From positions 3,720,001 through 3,784,000 of the forward strand of contig NW_027361798.1 of the NCBI RefSeq assembly GCF_039654945.1: DNA of 64,000 nucleotides, given 5' to 3'. The stretch is from Dendrobates tinctorius (lineage: Eukaryota). The position numbers and the translations under genes are program-made. Shown piece by piece: positions 39,100-52,500 of this stretch. Within the stretch, counting starts at the first letter, position 1. The number at the start of each line of letters is the position of its first letter. The notes below the pieces were generated by a model. It did not search any database, was not told the DNA's origin, and worked only from the letters and a program-made list of their open reading frames with translations.

Positions 39100-40616
39100 T
39101 TATAACATAGACACAGCATGCTCTTGCCAAGAAGTTGCCCCCTCAGGTGAGATAAAGTAATTTGTGAAAATATTACGCACTTTGAGGCCAGAGAGCGGTC
39201 TACGTTGAGGGTTGATAGGTGGTCTCACCCTGCGCACATTGTCCGGCCTACGCACAACACCAGCAGAGGAGGAACTATCATGTATCCTGGTGAAGTTATG
39301 AAGAACCACACAGGCTTTCACAACTTCATTCACATTTTGCTCACTCAGCTGAATGGCAGACTGGAGGACCCGCCATTTGGCACAAAGAATGCCAAAGGAA
39401 CACTCCACCAGTCGCCTAGCACGTGATAGGCGCAAGTTCAAAATTCTGCGCCTGTGGTCAAGGTTGTGCCGGGGATATGGCCTCATGACATTGTGTGATA
39501 ACTGAAAGGCCTCATCTGCCACAAGGACATAAGGGACTGATTGTTCGGGGGAGCCTGGTAGCTGGCGTGGTGGTGGTAGATCCAACTGGTTGGTGCGTAG
39601 CCGCCGACCCATTATGGAAGTATTGAAGACTCTAGAGTCTCCCGTCCTTCCATAGGCCCCAATGTCAACAACTATAAACTTGTATTGAGGGTCTACCAGA
39701 GCCAACAATACAACAGAAAAGTATTGTTTATAATTGAAGAATTGGGAGCCAGAGTTCGGCGGCTTGCGCACCCTGATATGTTTGCCATCCAGGGCCCCAA
39801 TACAATTTGGAAACTCGCAGTCCTCCTCAAAGTCCCTTGAAATCCTTAACCAGTCTTCCATCCTGGGCTCGGGCATGACCACCTGATGGAGTCTTGTCCA
39901 GATTTCTGCACATGTAGACCTCACTATGCCTGAAATGGTGGACTTTCCAATGAGAAACTCATGGTGGAGGGCGACATAAGACAGGCCAGTGGACAGGAAG
40001 CTGAAGAACAACAGAAATAGTACAGTTTAGAATGGCTAAAGTAAAAAAAAATCAGTTACATGCCGACCAAACTTGGTAGGAAATGAGAGAGAACAACACA
40101 CACATATTTGGTGGCACAATGACTAAGTGATATGCAGGACATATTAGATGTAACATTCTGGTGTGTCAGGTGAAACATATTTTGAGTAAGATGAGGGTAT
40201 GAAACTTTGTCCAAGAAGGCCAAAAAACATAAATTAACACACACATTATGAACACAGAGAATGTGGTTGTGCAGTACATACCGTATTGTGAGTAGAAGTC
40301 GCTCCTCTGCAGATATCGCTTTGCGCATCCTTGTGTCCTGGTAGGTGATCCCAGGGCGCACTGTCTCCAAGAGGCGATCAAATGTGGAAATGATCATTCG
40401 ACAGTACTGGTAAAATTTCTCCGGATGCTCCCGCAGAGAAGAATAGAGGCGGTGAAAATGACCTCTTGTGAGTCGTTGCCTCAAAAGTGGATGTACCCAC
40501 ATGAGTCTCCTCCTCCGCGGATCCACTATCACAGGATATGGTTGGCCAAAGCGCCGTGACAAAAGCCGGGTAAAGAGAACCTGCTCAGTTGTATTGAATG
40601 TCAGACCCTCTGCTAT
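39100..40616 (-). CDS. Harbinger DDE transposase copy 2 (exons 40616-40282, 40000-39100); open frame but presumed start is ATA
   Basis: Spliced length 1236 nt, in frame, DDE motifs intact; the next ATG gives MWVHP. Confidence 0.72.
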
Positions 40617-40942
40617 GCTGCACAAAGAACACCAACACACCTCGTGAAAGCAAGGTGACAAATGGACAGAATGTAGGCAGCCACCTGTTTCTGAGTGTCT
40701 AAATAGGGTGCAGGCTAATGATTTAAATTGTTTGCAGGCCTGAAAACCGTTAAATGTCCATTTTGCAAGGCTGCGAGAAAATCTCGCCATACGGATTGCA
40801 TACGGAAACACACATGCGCAAAATACGCGACCTCACCTTGCTTACGGATGACCTACGGAGCACTATTTAGTGGTGATTCATCCGTATTACGCATGTAAAA
40901 TATGGAGCGTATTTTGCGCAGGTTAGTGTGACTCCAGCCTTA

Positions 40943-41273
40943 TTATTATTCCCACTTTGCTAGAAGGCACTAAAAAAGGATTATACCCACAGTGCCAAAT
41001 ACTAATAGCAGATTATACCCACTGTCTCAAGCACTGATCCCAGACGATTACATTCACTGTGCCAGACACTAACAGAGGATTATACCCTCTGTGCCAATCA
41101 CTAATACCAGAGGATTATACCCACTGTGCCAAGCACTAATACCAGAGGATTATACTCACTATGCCAAGAACTAATAGGGGATTATACCCACTGTGCCAAG
41201 CACTAATAGAGGATTATACCCACTGTGCCAGGCACTAATAGAGGATTATACCCACTATGCCAGGCACTAATAG
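40943..41273 (+). repeat. 32-bp satellite upstream of H4 copy 3
   Basis: Monomers; the first ~200 bp mirror the 30840-31077 array. Confidence 0.92.
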
Positions 41274-41624
41274 CTCTCCGGTCAGGTGGAGGCGTCTGAC
41301 TGATGATGATCTCCCAGAGATTGAATTATTTCCAGGCCGGAATCTCACATTGTCAGTAATTTCTCGTTCCTCCAGCGGCGCTGACAGGACGAGGTTTGCG
41401 GAATTTTCTTGTTAGCATAATACAGAGAAGCGGGAAATTCAAATCACCAACTGTCCTGTGCTCAGCCAATCAGCGAGAAAGGGGAGGGGCTGAAAATGCC
41501 AATTCAGGACAACAAACATCTCCGGTACGCGTCATCACTGTGCAGTTCTCACTCCGGTCCGCCTAACCTCCATATAAAGCAGGACTCAGCGCTGACTCTT
41601 CACAGTCGTCTGAAAATTTCCTGA

Positions 41625-41939
<315 letters not shown>

Positions 41940-41971
41940 TTGTATTCTCGTCTCTGTCCTGACAACCCAAA

Positions 41972-41987
41972 GGCTCTTCTCAGAGCC
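41972..41987 (+). terminator. Histone 3' stem-loop (H4 copy 3)
   Basis: GGCTCTTCTCAGAGCC. Confidence 0.95.
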
Positions 41988-43587
41988 GCCCACATCTCAC
42001 GTGAGAGGCTGCAATTCCCGCTGGGGTCTAGCGGTCGCTGCTGGTGTGATCGCCGGGACCGGCTTGTGACGTTGCGCATTGGGGGGAGACGTTATCTCTT
42101 CTGGAGCTGATCCAGTGAGTAGTCTCAGTGTGAGGTGGGGCACAGATGATCCGGGTGTATGGGGGAATCGATCGGCCGCACAGTCACCTCCTATGATGCT
42201 GCAGTTACTACAGAGCAGAAATCCGAGTGCTGGTAATAAATGTGGTTGTGCCACGTCTCCTGCTGCTGAGATCCTGTGGGTTGTAGGATGGCTGCGAGGA
42301 GTGGAATGCGGCTGCACTGATGAATGGACGCCGGTGTGAACGCTCCTGAGCAGCGGCTCAGGATTGGGGTATCAACAGGATACCTACATGCGATGAGAGG
42401 GGCTGTTTCTGCGCCACCACATGGGCAGGGAGGGACGGTGCAGGAATACAGGGTCGCTCTGCCTGTGATCAGGAGAACATCTGCCCACATCACACTTTGC
42501 GCCAATCACCGGATCTAAATCCCGGAGCAAATTATCAAATACAGGAATATACCCACTGTGCCAACTGCTAATAGCAGGAATTATATCCACTGAGTCACCC
42601 ACTAGAGAGATATATAGAGGATTATACCCACTGCTCTGTCACCAGGTCCCAACTCTACAGTAACGTCATCCGAGATGTGTGGAAAGGAATCAATGACCCC
42701 AACTATGGAACCACAGCTCTGCCCCTAGTGCCGGCGCCTCCAACAGAGACCAGGAGGAGGTCGCTGCTCTCTATGGAGCTGCCCCGGGCTCAGTGGGTCC
42801 CTGTGATCTCGGGACTCGATGTCGCAGCCCGGGCGGCTCTCTTCCTCCGGACACACTGCGGTCCCGGCTGCGGCCTCCTCTCTCGGTGCTGCCCCTGTCT
42901 TCAGCCCCTGGAGCTCGCACCGCTGTTTGCACTTTCTGATCTATTCTGGGGTTGAGCCTTGTAACAGGGTGTATGGGCGCTATATCCGGACACAGACCCC
43001 TCTGTGCACAGTACAGAGCTCGGAGTGCTGCTGTGAGATGAAGGGAAGGTAACGGCGGCGGCCGATCAGGGGAGCGATCAGCAGCTCCGGGGAGCAGGAC
43101 TCTGTGCTCTGCGGGTGCAGCTGCCCCAGACCGGACGGCTCACGTCACAGCGATCTCCGCTACTAAGCAGAGGGGCCGGGAATAATCCGAAGGACAGGAA
43201 AGGGATTGAGCGGGAAATTCAAAACCATCAACGGGTCTGTGATCAGCCAATGAGAGAAGTCCGCAGGCGCCGACCAATCCCAGAGCCGGGTATGGACTCC
43301 TCCGGTTAACTCCTTAGTGACCGTGCGCTGCTCATTTCCCCCTTCTCTGCTCTCCCCTCGGATCCCGGGAGATGCTGCTCGCGCTTCCTGGTCTGTTCTG
43401 CGGCCGGTGCTGCACAGAACCCCAGGGTGAAGAGACGCAGACATCGCCTTGTAATGGCCGCGCCCTGTGCTTCTGGTAACCAAGCAAGGCCGGGATTACC
43501 GGCTCTGTAGTGGGATCGGCGCCAACAGAGGATCCGGCTCGGTGATTGTACAGAGACTGCAGGGAGGGAAGCAGGAACAGAACCGCT

Positions 43588-46500
43588 GGATCATACCCAC
43601 TGTGCCAAGCACTAATAGGGAATTATACCCACTGTGCCTAGCACTAATAGGGAATTATACCCACTGTGCCTAGCACTAATAGGGAATTATACCCACTGTG
43701 CCAAGCACTAATAGGGAATTATACCCACTGTGCCAAGCACTAATAGGGAATTATACCCACTGTGCCTAGCACTAATAGGGAATTATACCCACTGTGCCAA
43801 GCACTAATAGGGAATTATACCCACTGTGCCTAGCACTAATAGGGAATTATACCCACTGTGCCTAGCACTAATAGGGAATTATACCCACTGTGCCAAGCAC
43901 TAATAGGGAATTATACCCACTGTGCCAAGCACTAATAGAGGATTATACCCACTGTGCCAAGCACTAATAGGGAATTATACCCACTGTGCCAAGCACTAAT
44001 AGGGAACTATACCCACTGTGCCTAGCACTAATAGGGAATTATACCCACTGTGCCAAGCACTAATAGGGAACTATACCCACTGTGCCTAGCACTAATAGGG
44101 AATTATACCCACTGTGCCTAGCACTAATAGGGGATTATACCCACTGTGCCAAGCACTAATAGGGGATTATACCCACTGTGCCAAGCACTAATAGGGAATT
44201 ATACCCACTGTGCCAAGCACTAATAGGGAATTATACCCACTGTGCCAAGCACTAATAGGGAATTATACCCACTGTGCCTAGCACTAATAGGGAATTATAC
44301 CCACTGTGCCAAGCACTAATAGGGAATTATACCCACTGTGCCTAGCACTAATAGGGAATTATAGCCACTGTGCCAAGCACTAATAGGGAATTATACCCAC
44401 TGTGCCTAGCACTAATAGGGAATTATACCCACTGTGCCAAGCACTAATAGGGAATTATACCCACTGTGCCAAGCACTAATAGGGAATTATACCCACTGTG
44501 CCTAGCACTAATAGGGAATTATACCCACTGTGCCAAGCACTAATAGGGAATTATACCCACTGTGCCTAGCACTAATAGGGAATTATAGCCACTGTGCCAA
44601 GCACTAATAGGGAATTATACCCACTGTGCCTAGCACTAATAGGGAATTATACCCACTGTGCCTAGCACTAATAGGGAATTATACCCACTGTGCCTAGCAC
44701 TAATAGGGAATTATACCCACTGTGCCAAGCACTAATAGGGAATTATACCCACTGTGCCTAGCACTAATAGGGAATTATACCCACTGTGCCTAGCACTAAT
44801 AGGGGATTATACCCACTGTGCCAAGCACTAATAGGGAATTATACCCACTGTGCCAAGCACTAATAGGGAATTATACCCACTGTGCCTAGCACTAATAGGG
44901 AATTATACCCACTGTGCCAAGCACTAATAGGGAATTATACCCACTGTGCCAAGCACTAATAGGGAATTATACCCACTGTGCCAAGCACTAATAGGGAATT
45001 ATACCCACTGTGCCAAGCACTAATAGGGGATTATACCCACTGTGCCAAGCACTAATAGGGGATTATACCCACTGTGCCAAGCACTAATAGGGAATTATAC
45101 CCACTGTGCCAAGCACTAATAGAGGATTATACCCACTGTGCCAAGCACTAATAGAGGATCATACCCACTGTGCCAAGCACTAATAGGGGATTATACCCAC
45201 TGTGCCAAGCACTAATAGAGGATTATACCCACTGTGCCAAGCACTAATAGGGAATTATACCCACTGTGCCAAGCACTAATAGGGGATTATACCCACTGTG
45301 CCAAGCACTAATAGGGGATTATACCCACTGTGCCAAGCACTAATAGGGAATTATACCCACTGTGCCAAGCACTAATAGAGGATTATACCCACTGTGCCAA
45401 GCACTAATAGAGGATCATACCCACTGTGCCAAGCACTAATAGGGGATTATACCCACTGTGCCAAGCACTAATAGAGGATTATACCCACTGTGCCAAGCAC
45501 TAATAGGGGATTATACCCACTGTGCCAAGCACTAATAGAGGATCATACCCACTGTGCCAAGCACTAATAGGGGATTATACCCACTGTGCCAAGCACTAAT
45601 AGGGGATTATACCCACTGTGCCAAGCACTAATAGAGGATTATACCCACTGTGCCAGGCACTAATAGGGGATTATACCCACTGTGCCAGGCACTAATAGAG
45701 GATTATACCCACTGTGCCTAGCACTAATAGGGAATTATACCCACTGTGCCAAGCACTAATAGAGGATTATACCCACTGTGCCAAGCACTAATAGGGGATT
45801 ATACCCACTGTGCCAAGCACTAATAGAGGATCATACCCACTGTGCCAAGCACTAATAGGGGATTATACCCACTGTGCCAAGCACTAATAGGGAATTATAC
45901 CCACTGTGCCAAGCACTAATAGGGAATTATACCCACTGTGCCAAGCACTAATAGGGAATTATACCCACTGTGCCAAGCACTAATAGGGGATTATACCCAC
46001 TGTGCCAAGCACTAATAGGGGATTATACCCACTGTGCCAAGCACTAATAGGGGATTATACCCACTGTGCCAAGCACTAATAGGGAATTATACCCACTGTG
46101 CCAAGCACTAATAGAGGATTATACCCACTGTGCCAAGCACTAATAGAGGATCATACCCACTGTGCCAAGCACTAATAGGGGATTATACCCACTGTGCCAA
46201 GCACTAATAGAGGATTATACCCACTGTGCCAAGCACTAATAGGGAATTATACCCACTGTGCCAAGCACTAATAGGGGATTATACCCACTGTGCCAAGCAC
46301 TAATAGGGGATTATACCCACTGTGCCAAGCACTAATAGGCAATTATACCCACTGTGCCAAGCACTAATAGAGGATTATACCCACTGTGCCAAGCACTAAT
46401 AGAGGATCATACCCACTGTGCCAAGCACTAATAGGGGATTATACCCACTGTGCCAAGCACTAATAGAGGATTATACCCACTGTGCCAAGCACTAATAGGG

Positions 46501-49500
46501 GATTATACCCACTGTGCCAAGCACTAATAGAGGATCATACCCACTGTGCCAAGCACTAATAGGGGATTATACCCACTGTGCCAAGCACTAATAGGGGATT
46601 ATACCCACTGTGCCAAGCACTAATAGAGGATTATACCCACTGTGCCAGGCACTAATAGGGGATTATACCCACTGTGCCAGGCAATAATAGAGGATTATAC
46701 CCACTGTGCCTAGCACTAATAGGGAATTATACCCACTGTGCCAAGCACTAATAGAGGATTATACCCACTGTGCCAAGCACTAATAGGGGATTATACCCAC
46801 TGTGCCAAGCACTAATAGAGGATCATACCCACTGTGCCAAGCACTAATAGGGGATTATACCCACTGTGCCAAGCACTAATAGGGGATTATACCCACTGTG
46901 CCAAGCACTAATAGAGGATTATACCCACTGTGCCAGGCACTAATAGGGGATTATACCCACTGTGCCAGGCACTAATAGAGGATTATACCCACTGTGCCTA
47001 GCACTAATAGGGGATTATACCCACTGTGCCAAGCACTAATAGAGGATTATACCCACTGTGCCAGGCACTAATAGGGGATTATACCCACTGTGCCAGGCAC
47101 TAATAGAGAATTATACCCACTGTGCCTAGCACTAATAGGGAATTATACCCACTGTGCCAAGCACTAATAGGGAATTATACCCACTGTGCCAAGCACTAAT
47201 AGGGAATTATACCCACTGTGCCAAGCACTAATAGGGAATTATACCCACTGTGCCAAGCACTAATAGGGGATTATACCCACTGTGCCAAGCACTAATAGGG
47301 GATTATACCCACTGTGCCAAGCACTAATAGGGAATTATACCCACTGTGCCAAGCACTAATAGAGGATTATACCCACTGTGCCAAGCACTAATAGAGGATC
47401 ATACCCACTGTGCCAAGCACTAATAGGGGATTATACCCACTGTGCCAAGCACTAATAGAGGATTATACCCACTGTGCCAAGCACTAATAGGGGATTATAC
47501 CCACTGTGCCAAGCACTAATAGAGGATCATACCCACTGTGCCAAGCACTAATAGGGGATTATACCCACTGTGCCAAGCACTAATAGGGGATTATACCCAC
47601 TGTGCCAAGCACTAATAGAGGATTATACCCACTGTGCCAGGCACTAATAGGGAATTATACCCACTGTGCCAAGCACTAATAGGGGATTATACCCACTGTG
47701 CCAGGCACTAACAGAGGATTATACCCACTATATCATGCGCTAATAGAGGATTATTCCCATTGTGCCAAGCACTTACAGCAGAGGATTTTACCCACTGTGC
47801 CAAGCACTAATACAAGAGGATTTTACTCACTGTTCAAAGCAGTAATAGAGGATTATACCCACTATGCCAATTACTAATAGAGCATTATATTCACTGTGCC
47901 AGGCAATAATAGGGGATTATACCCACTGTCTCAAGCACTAATTCCAGAGGATTATATTCACTGTGCCAAGGACTAATACCAGAGGATTATACCCCCTGTG
48001 CCAAGCACTATTACCAGAGGATTTTACTCACTGTGACGAAAAATAATAGAGGATTATACCCCCTGTGCCAAGCACTAACAGCAGATTATTTTACCCACTG
48101 TTCCAGGCACTAATACCAGAGGATTATATTCACTGTGCCAAGCACTAATTCCAGAGGATTTTACCCACTGTGCAAAGTACTAATGGCAGATTATAACCAC
48201 TATCTCAAGCACTAATACCAGAGGATTTTATTCACTGTTCCAAGCACTAATAGATGATTATACCCACTATGCCAAGAACTAATAGAGCAATATATTCACT
48301 GTGCCAGGCAATAATAGAGGATTATACCCACTGTGCCAAGCACTAATAGAGGATTATACCCACTGTGCCAAGCACTAATAGGGAATTATACCCACTGTGC
48401 CAAGCACTAATAGGGGATTATACCCACTGTGCCAAGCACTAATAGGGGATTATACCCACTGTGCCAAGCACTAATAGGGAATTATACCCACTGTGCCAAG
48501 CACTAATAGAGGATTATACCCACTGTGCCAAGCACTAATAGAGGATCATACCCACTGTGCCAAGCACTAATAGGGGATTATACCCACTGTGCCAAGCACT
48601 AATAGAGGATTATACCCACTGTGCCAAGCACTAATAGGGGATTATACCCACTGTGCCAAGCACTAATAGAGGATCATACCCACTGTGCCAAGCACTAATA
48701 GGGGATTATACCCACTGTGCCAAGCACTAATAGGGGATTATACCCACTGTGCCAAGCACTAATAGAGGATTATACCCACTGTGCCAGGCACTAATAGGGG
48801 ATTATACCCACTGTGCCAGGCACTAATAGAGGATTATACCCACTGTGCCTAGCACTAATAGGGAATTATACCCACTGTGCCAAGCACTAATAGAGGATTA
48901 TACCCACTGTGCCAAGCACTAATAGGGGATTATACCCACTGTGCCAAGCACTAATAGAGGATCATACCCACTGTGCCAAGCACTAATAGGGGATTATACC
49001 CACTGTGCCAAGCACTAATAGGGAATTATACCCACTGTGCCAAGCACTAATAGGGAATTATACCCACTGTGCCAAGCACTAATAGGGAATTATACCCACT
49101 GTGCCAAGCACTAATAGGGGATTATACCCACTGTGCCAAGCACTAATAGGGGATTATACCCACTGTGCCAAGCACTAATAGGGGATTATACCCACTGTGC
49201 CAAGCACTAATAGGGAATTATACCCACTGTGCCAAGCACTAATAGAGGATTATACCCACTGTGCCAAGCACTAATAGAGGATCATACCCACTGTGCCAAG
49301 CACTAATAGGGGATTATACCCACTGTGCCAAGCACTAATAGAGGATTATACCCACTGTGCCAAGCACTAATAGGGAATTATACCCACTGTGCCAAGCACT
49401 AATAGGGGATTATACCCACTGTGCCAAGCACTAATAGGGGATTATACCCACTGTGCCAAGCACTAATAGGCAATTATACCCACTGTGCCAAGCACTAATA

Positions 49501-52500
49501 GAGGATTATACCCACTGTGCCAAGCACTAATAGAGGATCATACCCACTGTGCCAAGCACTAATAGGGGATTATACCCACTGTGCCAAGCACTAATAGAGG
49601 ATTATACCCACTGTGCCAAGCACTAATAGGGGATTATACCCACTGTGCCAAGCACTAATAGAGGATCATACCCACTGTGCCAAGCACTAATAGGGGATTA
49701 TACCCACTGTGCCAAGCACTAATAGGGGATTATACCCACTGTGCCAAGCACTAATAGAGGATTATACCCACTGTGCCAGGCACTAATAGGGGATTATACC
49801 CACTGTGCCAGGCAATAATAGAGGATTATACCCACTGTGCCTAGCACTAATAGGGAATTATACCCACTGTGCCAAGCACTAATAGAGGATTATACCCACT
49901 GTGCCAAGCACTAATAGGGGATTATACCCACTGTGCCAAGCACTAATAGAGGATCATACCCACTGTGCCAAGCACTAATAGGGGATTATACCCACTGTGC
50001 CAAGCACTAATAGGGGATTATACCCACTGTGCCAAGCACTAATAGAGGATTATACCCACTGTGCCAGGCACTAATAGGGGATTATACCCACTGTGCCAGG
50101 CACTAATAGAGGATTATACCCACTGTGCCTAGCACTAATAGGGGATTATACCCACTGTGCCAAGCACTAATAGAGGATTATACCCACTGTGCCAGGCACT
50201 AATAGGGGATTATACCCACTGTGCCAGGCACTAATAGAGAATTATACCCACTGTGCCTAGCACTAATAGGGAATTATACCCACTGTGCCAAGCACTAATA
50301 GGGAATTATACCCACTGTGCCAAGCACTAATAGGGAATTATACCCACTGTGCCAAGCACTAATAGGGAATTATACCCACTGTGCCAAGCACTAATAGGGG
50401 ATTATACCCACTGTGCCAAGCACTAATAGGGGATTATACCCACTGTGCCAAGCACTAATAGGGAATTATACCCACTGTGCCAAGCACTAATAGAGGATTA
50501 TACCCACTGTGCCAAGCACTAATAGAGGATCATACCCACTGTGCCAAGCACTAATAGGGGATTATACCCACTGTGCCAAGCACTAATAGAGGATTATACC
50601 CACTGTGCCAAGCACTAATAGGGGATTATACCCACTGTGCCAAGCACTAATAGAGGATCATACCCACTGTGCCAAGCACTAATAGGGGATTATACCCACT
50701 GTGCCAAGCACTAATAGGGGATTATACCCACTGTGCCAAGCACTAATAGAGGATTATACCCACTGTGCCAGGCACTAATAGGGAATTATACCCACTGTGC
50801 CAAGCACTAATAGGGGATTATACCCACTGTGCCAGGCACTAACAGAGGATTATACCCACTATATCATGCGCTAATAGAGGATTATTCCCATTGTGCCAAG
50901 CACTTACAGCAGAGGATTTTACCCACTGTGCCAAGCACTAATACAAGAGGATTTTACTCACTGTTCAAAGCAGTAATAGAGGATTATACCCACTATGCCA
51001 ATTACTAATAGAGCATTATATTCACTGTGCCAGGCAATAATAGGGGATTATACCCACTGTCTCAAGCACTAATTCCAGAGGATTATATTCACTGTGCCAA
51101 GGACTAATACCAGAGGATTATACCCCCTGTGCCAAGCACTATTACCAGAGGATTTTACTCACTGTGACGAAAAATAATAGAGGATTATACCCCCTGTGCC
51201 AAGCACTAACAGCAGATTATTTTACCCACTGTTCCAGGCACTAATACCAGAGGATTATATTCACTGTGCCAAGCACTAATTCCAGAGGATTTTACCCACT
51301 GTGCAAAGTACTAATGGCAGATTATAACCACTATCTCAAGCACTAATACCAGAGGATTTTATTCACTGTTCCAAGCACTAATAGATGATTATACCCACTA
51401 TGCCAAGAACTAATAGAGCAATATATTCACTGTGCCAGGCAATAATAGAGGATTATACCCACTGTGCCAAGCACTAATAGAGGATTATACCCACTGTGCC
51501 AAGCACTAATAGGGAATTATACCCACTGTGCCAAGCACTAATAGGGGATTATACCCACTGTGCCAAGCACTAATAGGGGATTATACCCACTGTGCCAAGC
51601 ACTAATAGGGAATTATACCCACTGTGCCAAGCACTAATAGAGGATTATACCCACTGTGCCAAGCACTAATAGAGGATCATACCCACTGTGCCAAGCACTA
51701 ATAGGGGATTATACCCACTGTGCCAAGCACTAATAGAGGATTATACCCACTGTGCCAAGCACTAATAGGGGATTATACCCACTGTGCCAAGCACTAATAG
51801 AGGATCATACCCACTGTGCCAAGCACTAATAGGGGATTATACCCACTGTGCCAAGCACTAATAGGGGATTATACCCACTGTGCCAAGCACTAATAGAGGA
51901 TTATACCCACTGTGCCAGGCACTAATAGGGGATTATACCCACTGTGCCAGGCACTAATAGAGGATTATACCCACTGTGCCTAGCACTAATAGGGAATTAT
52001 ACCCACTGTGCCAAGCACTAATAGAGGATTATACCCACTGTGCCAAGCACTAATAGGGGATTATACCCACTGTGCCAAGCACTAATAGAGGATCATACCC
52101 ACTGTGCCAAGCACTAATAGGGGATTATACCCACTGTGCCAAGCACTAATAGGGAATTATACCCACTGTGCCAAGCACTAATAGGGAATTATACCCACTG
52201 TGCCAAGCACTAATAGGGAATTATACCCACTGTGCCAAGCACTAATAGGGAATTATACCCACTGTGCCAAGCACTAATAGGGGATTATACCCACTGTGCC
52301 AAGCACTAATAGGGGATTATACCCACTGTGCCAAGCACTAATAGGGAATTATACCCACTGTGCCAAGCACTAATAGAGGATTATACCCACTGTGCCAAGC
52401 ACTAATAGAGGATCATACCCACTGTGCCAAGCACTAATAGGGGATTATACCCACTGTGCCAAGCACTAATAGAGGATTATACCCACTGTGCCAAGCACTA

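Larger units (their letters stand above)
36030..40939 (-). mobile_element. PIF/Harbinger transposon copy 2 (inverted duplicate)
   Basis: Reverse complement of 31081-35994; flanks are TAA and TTA, so it has no direct TSD. Confidence 0.95.
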
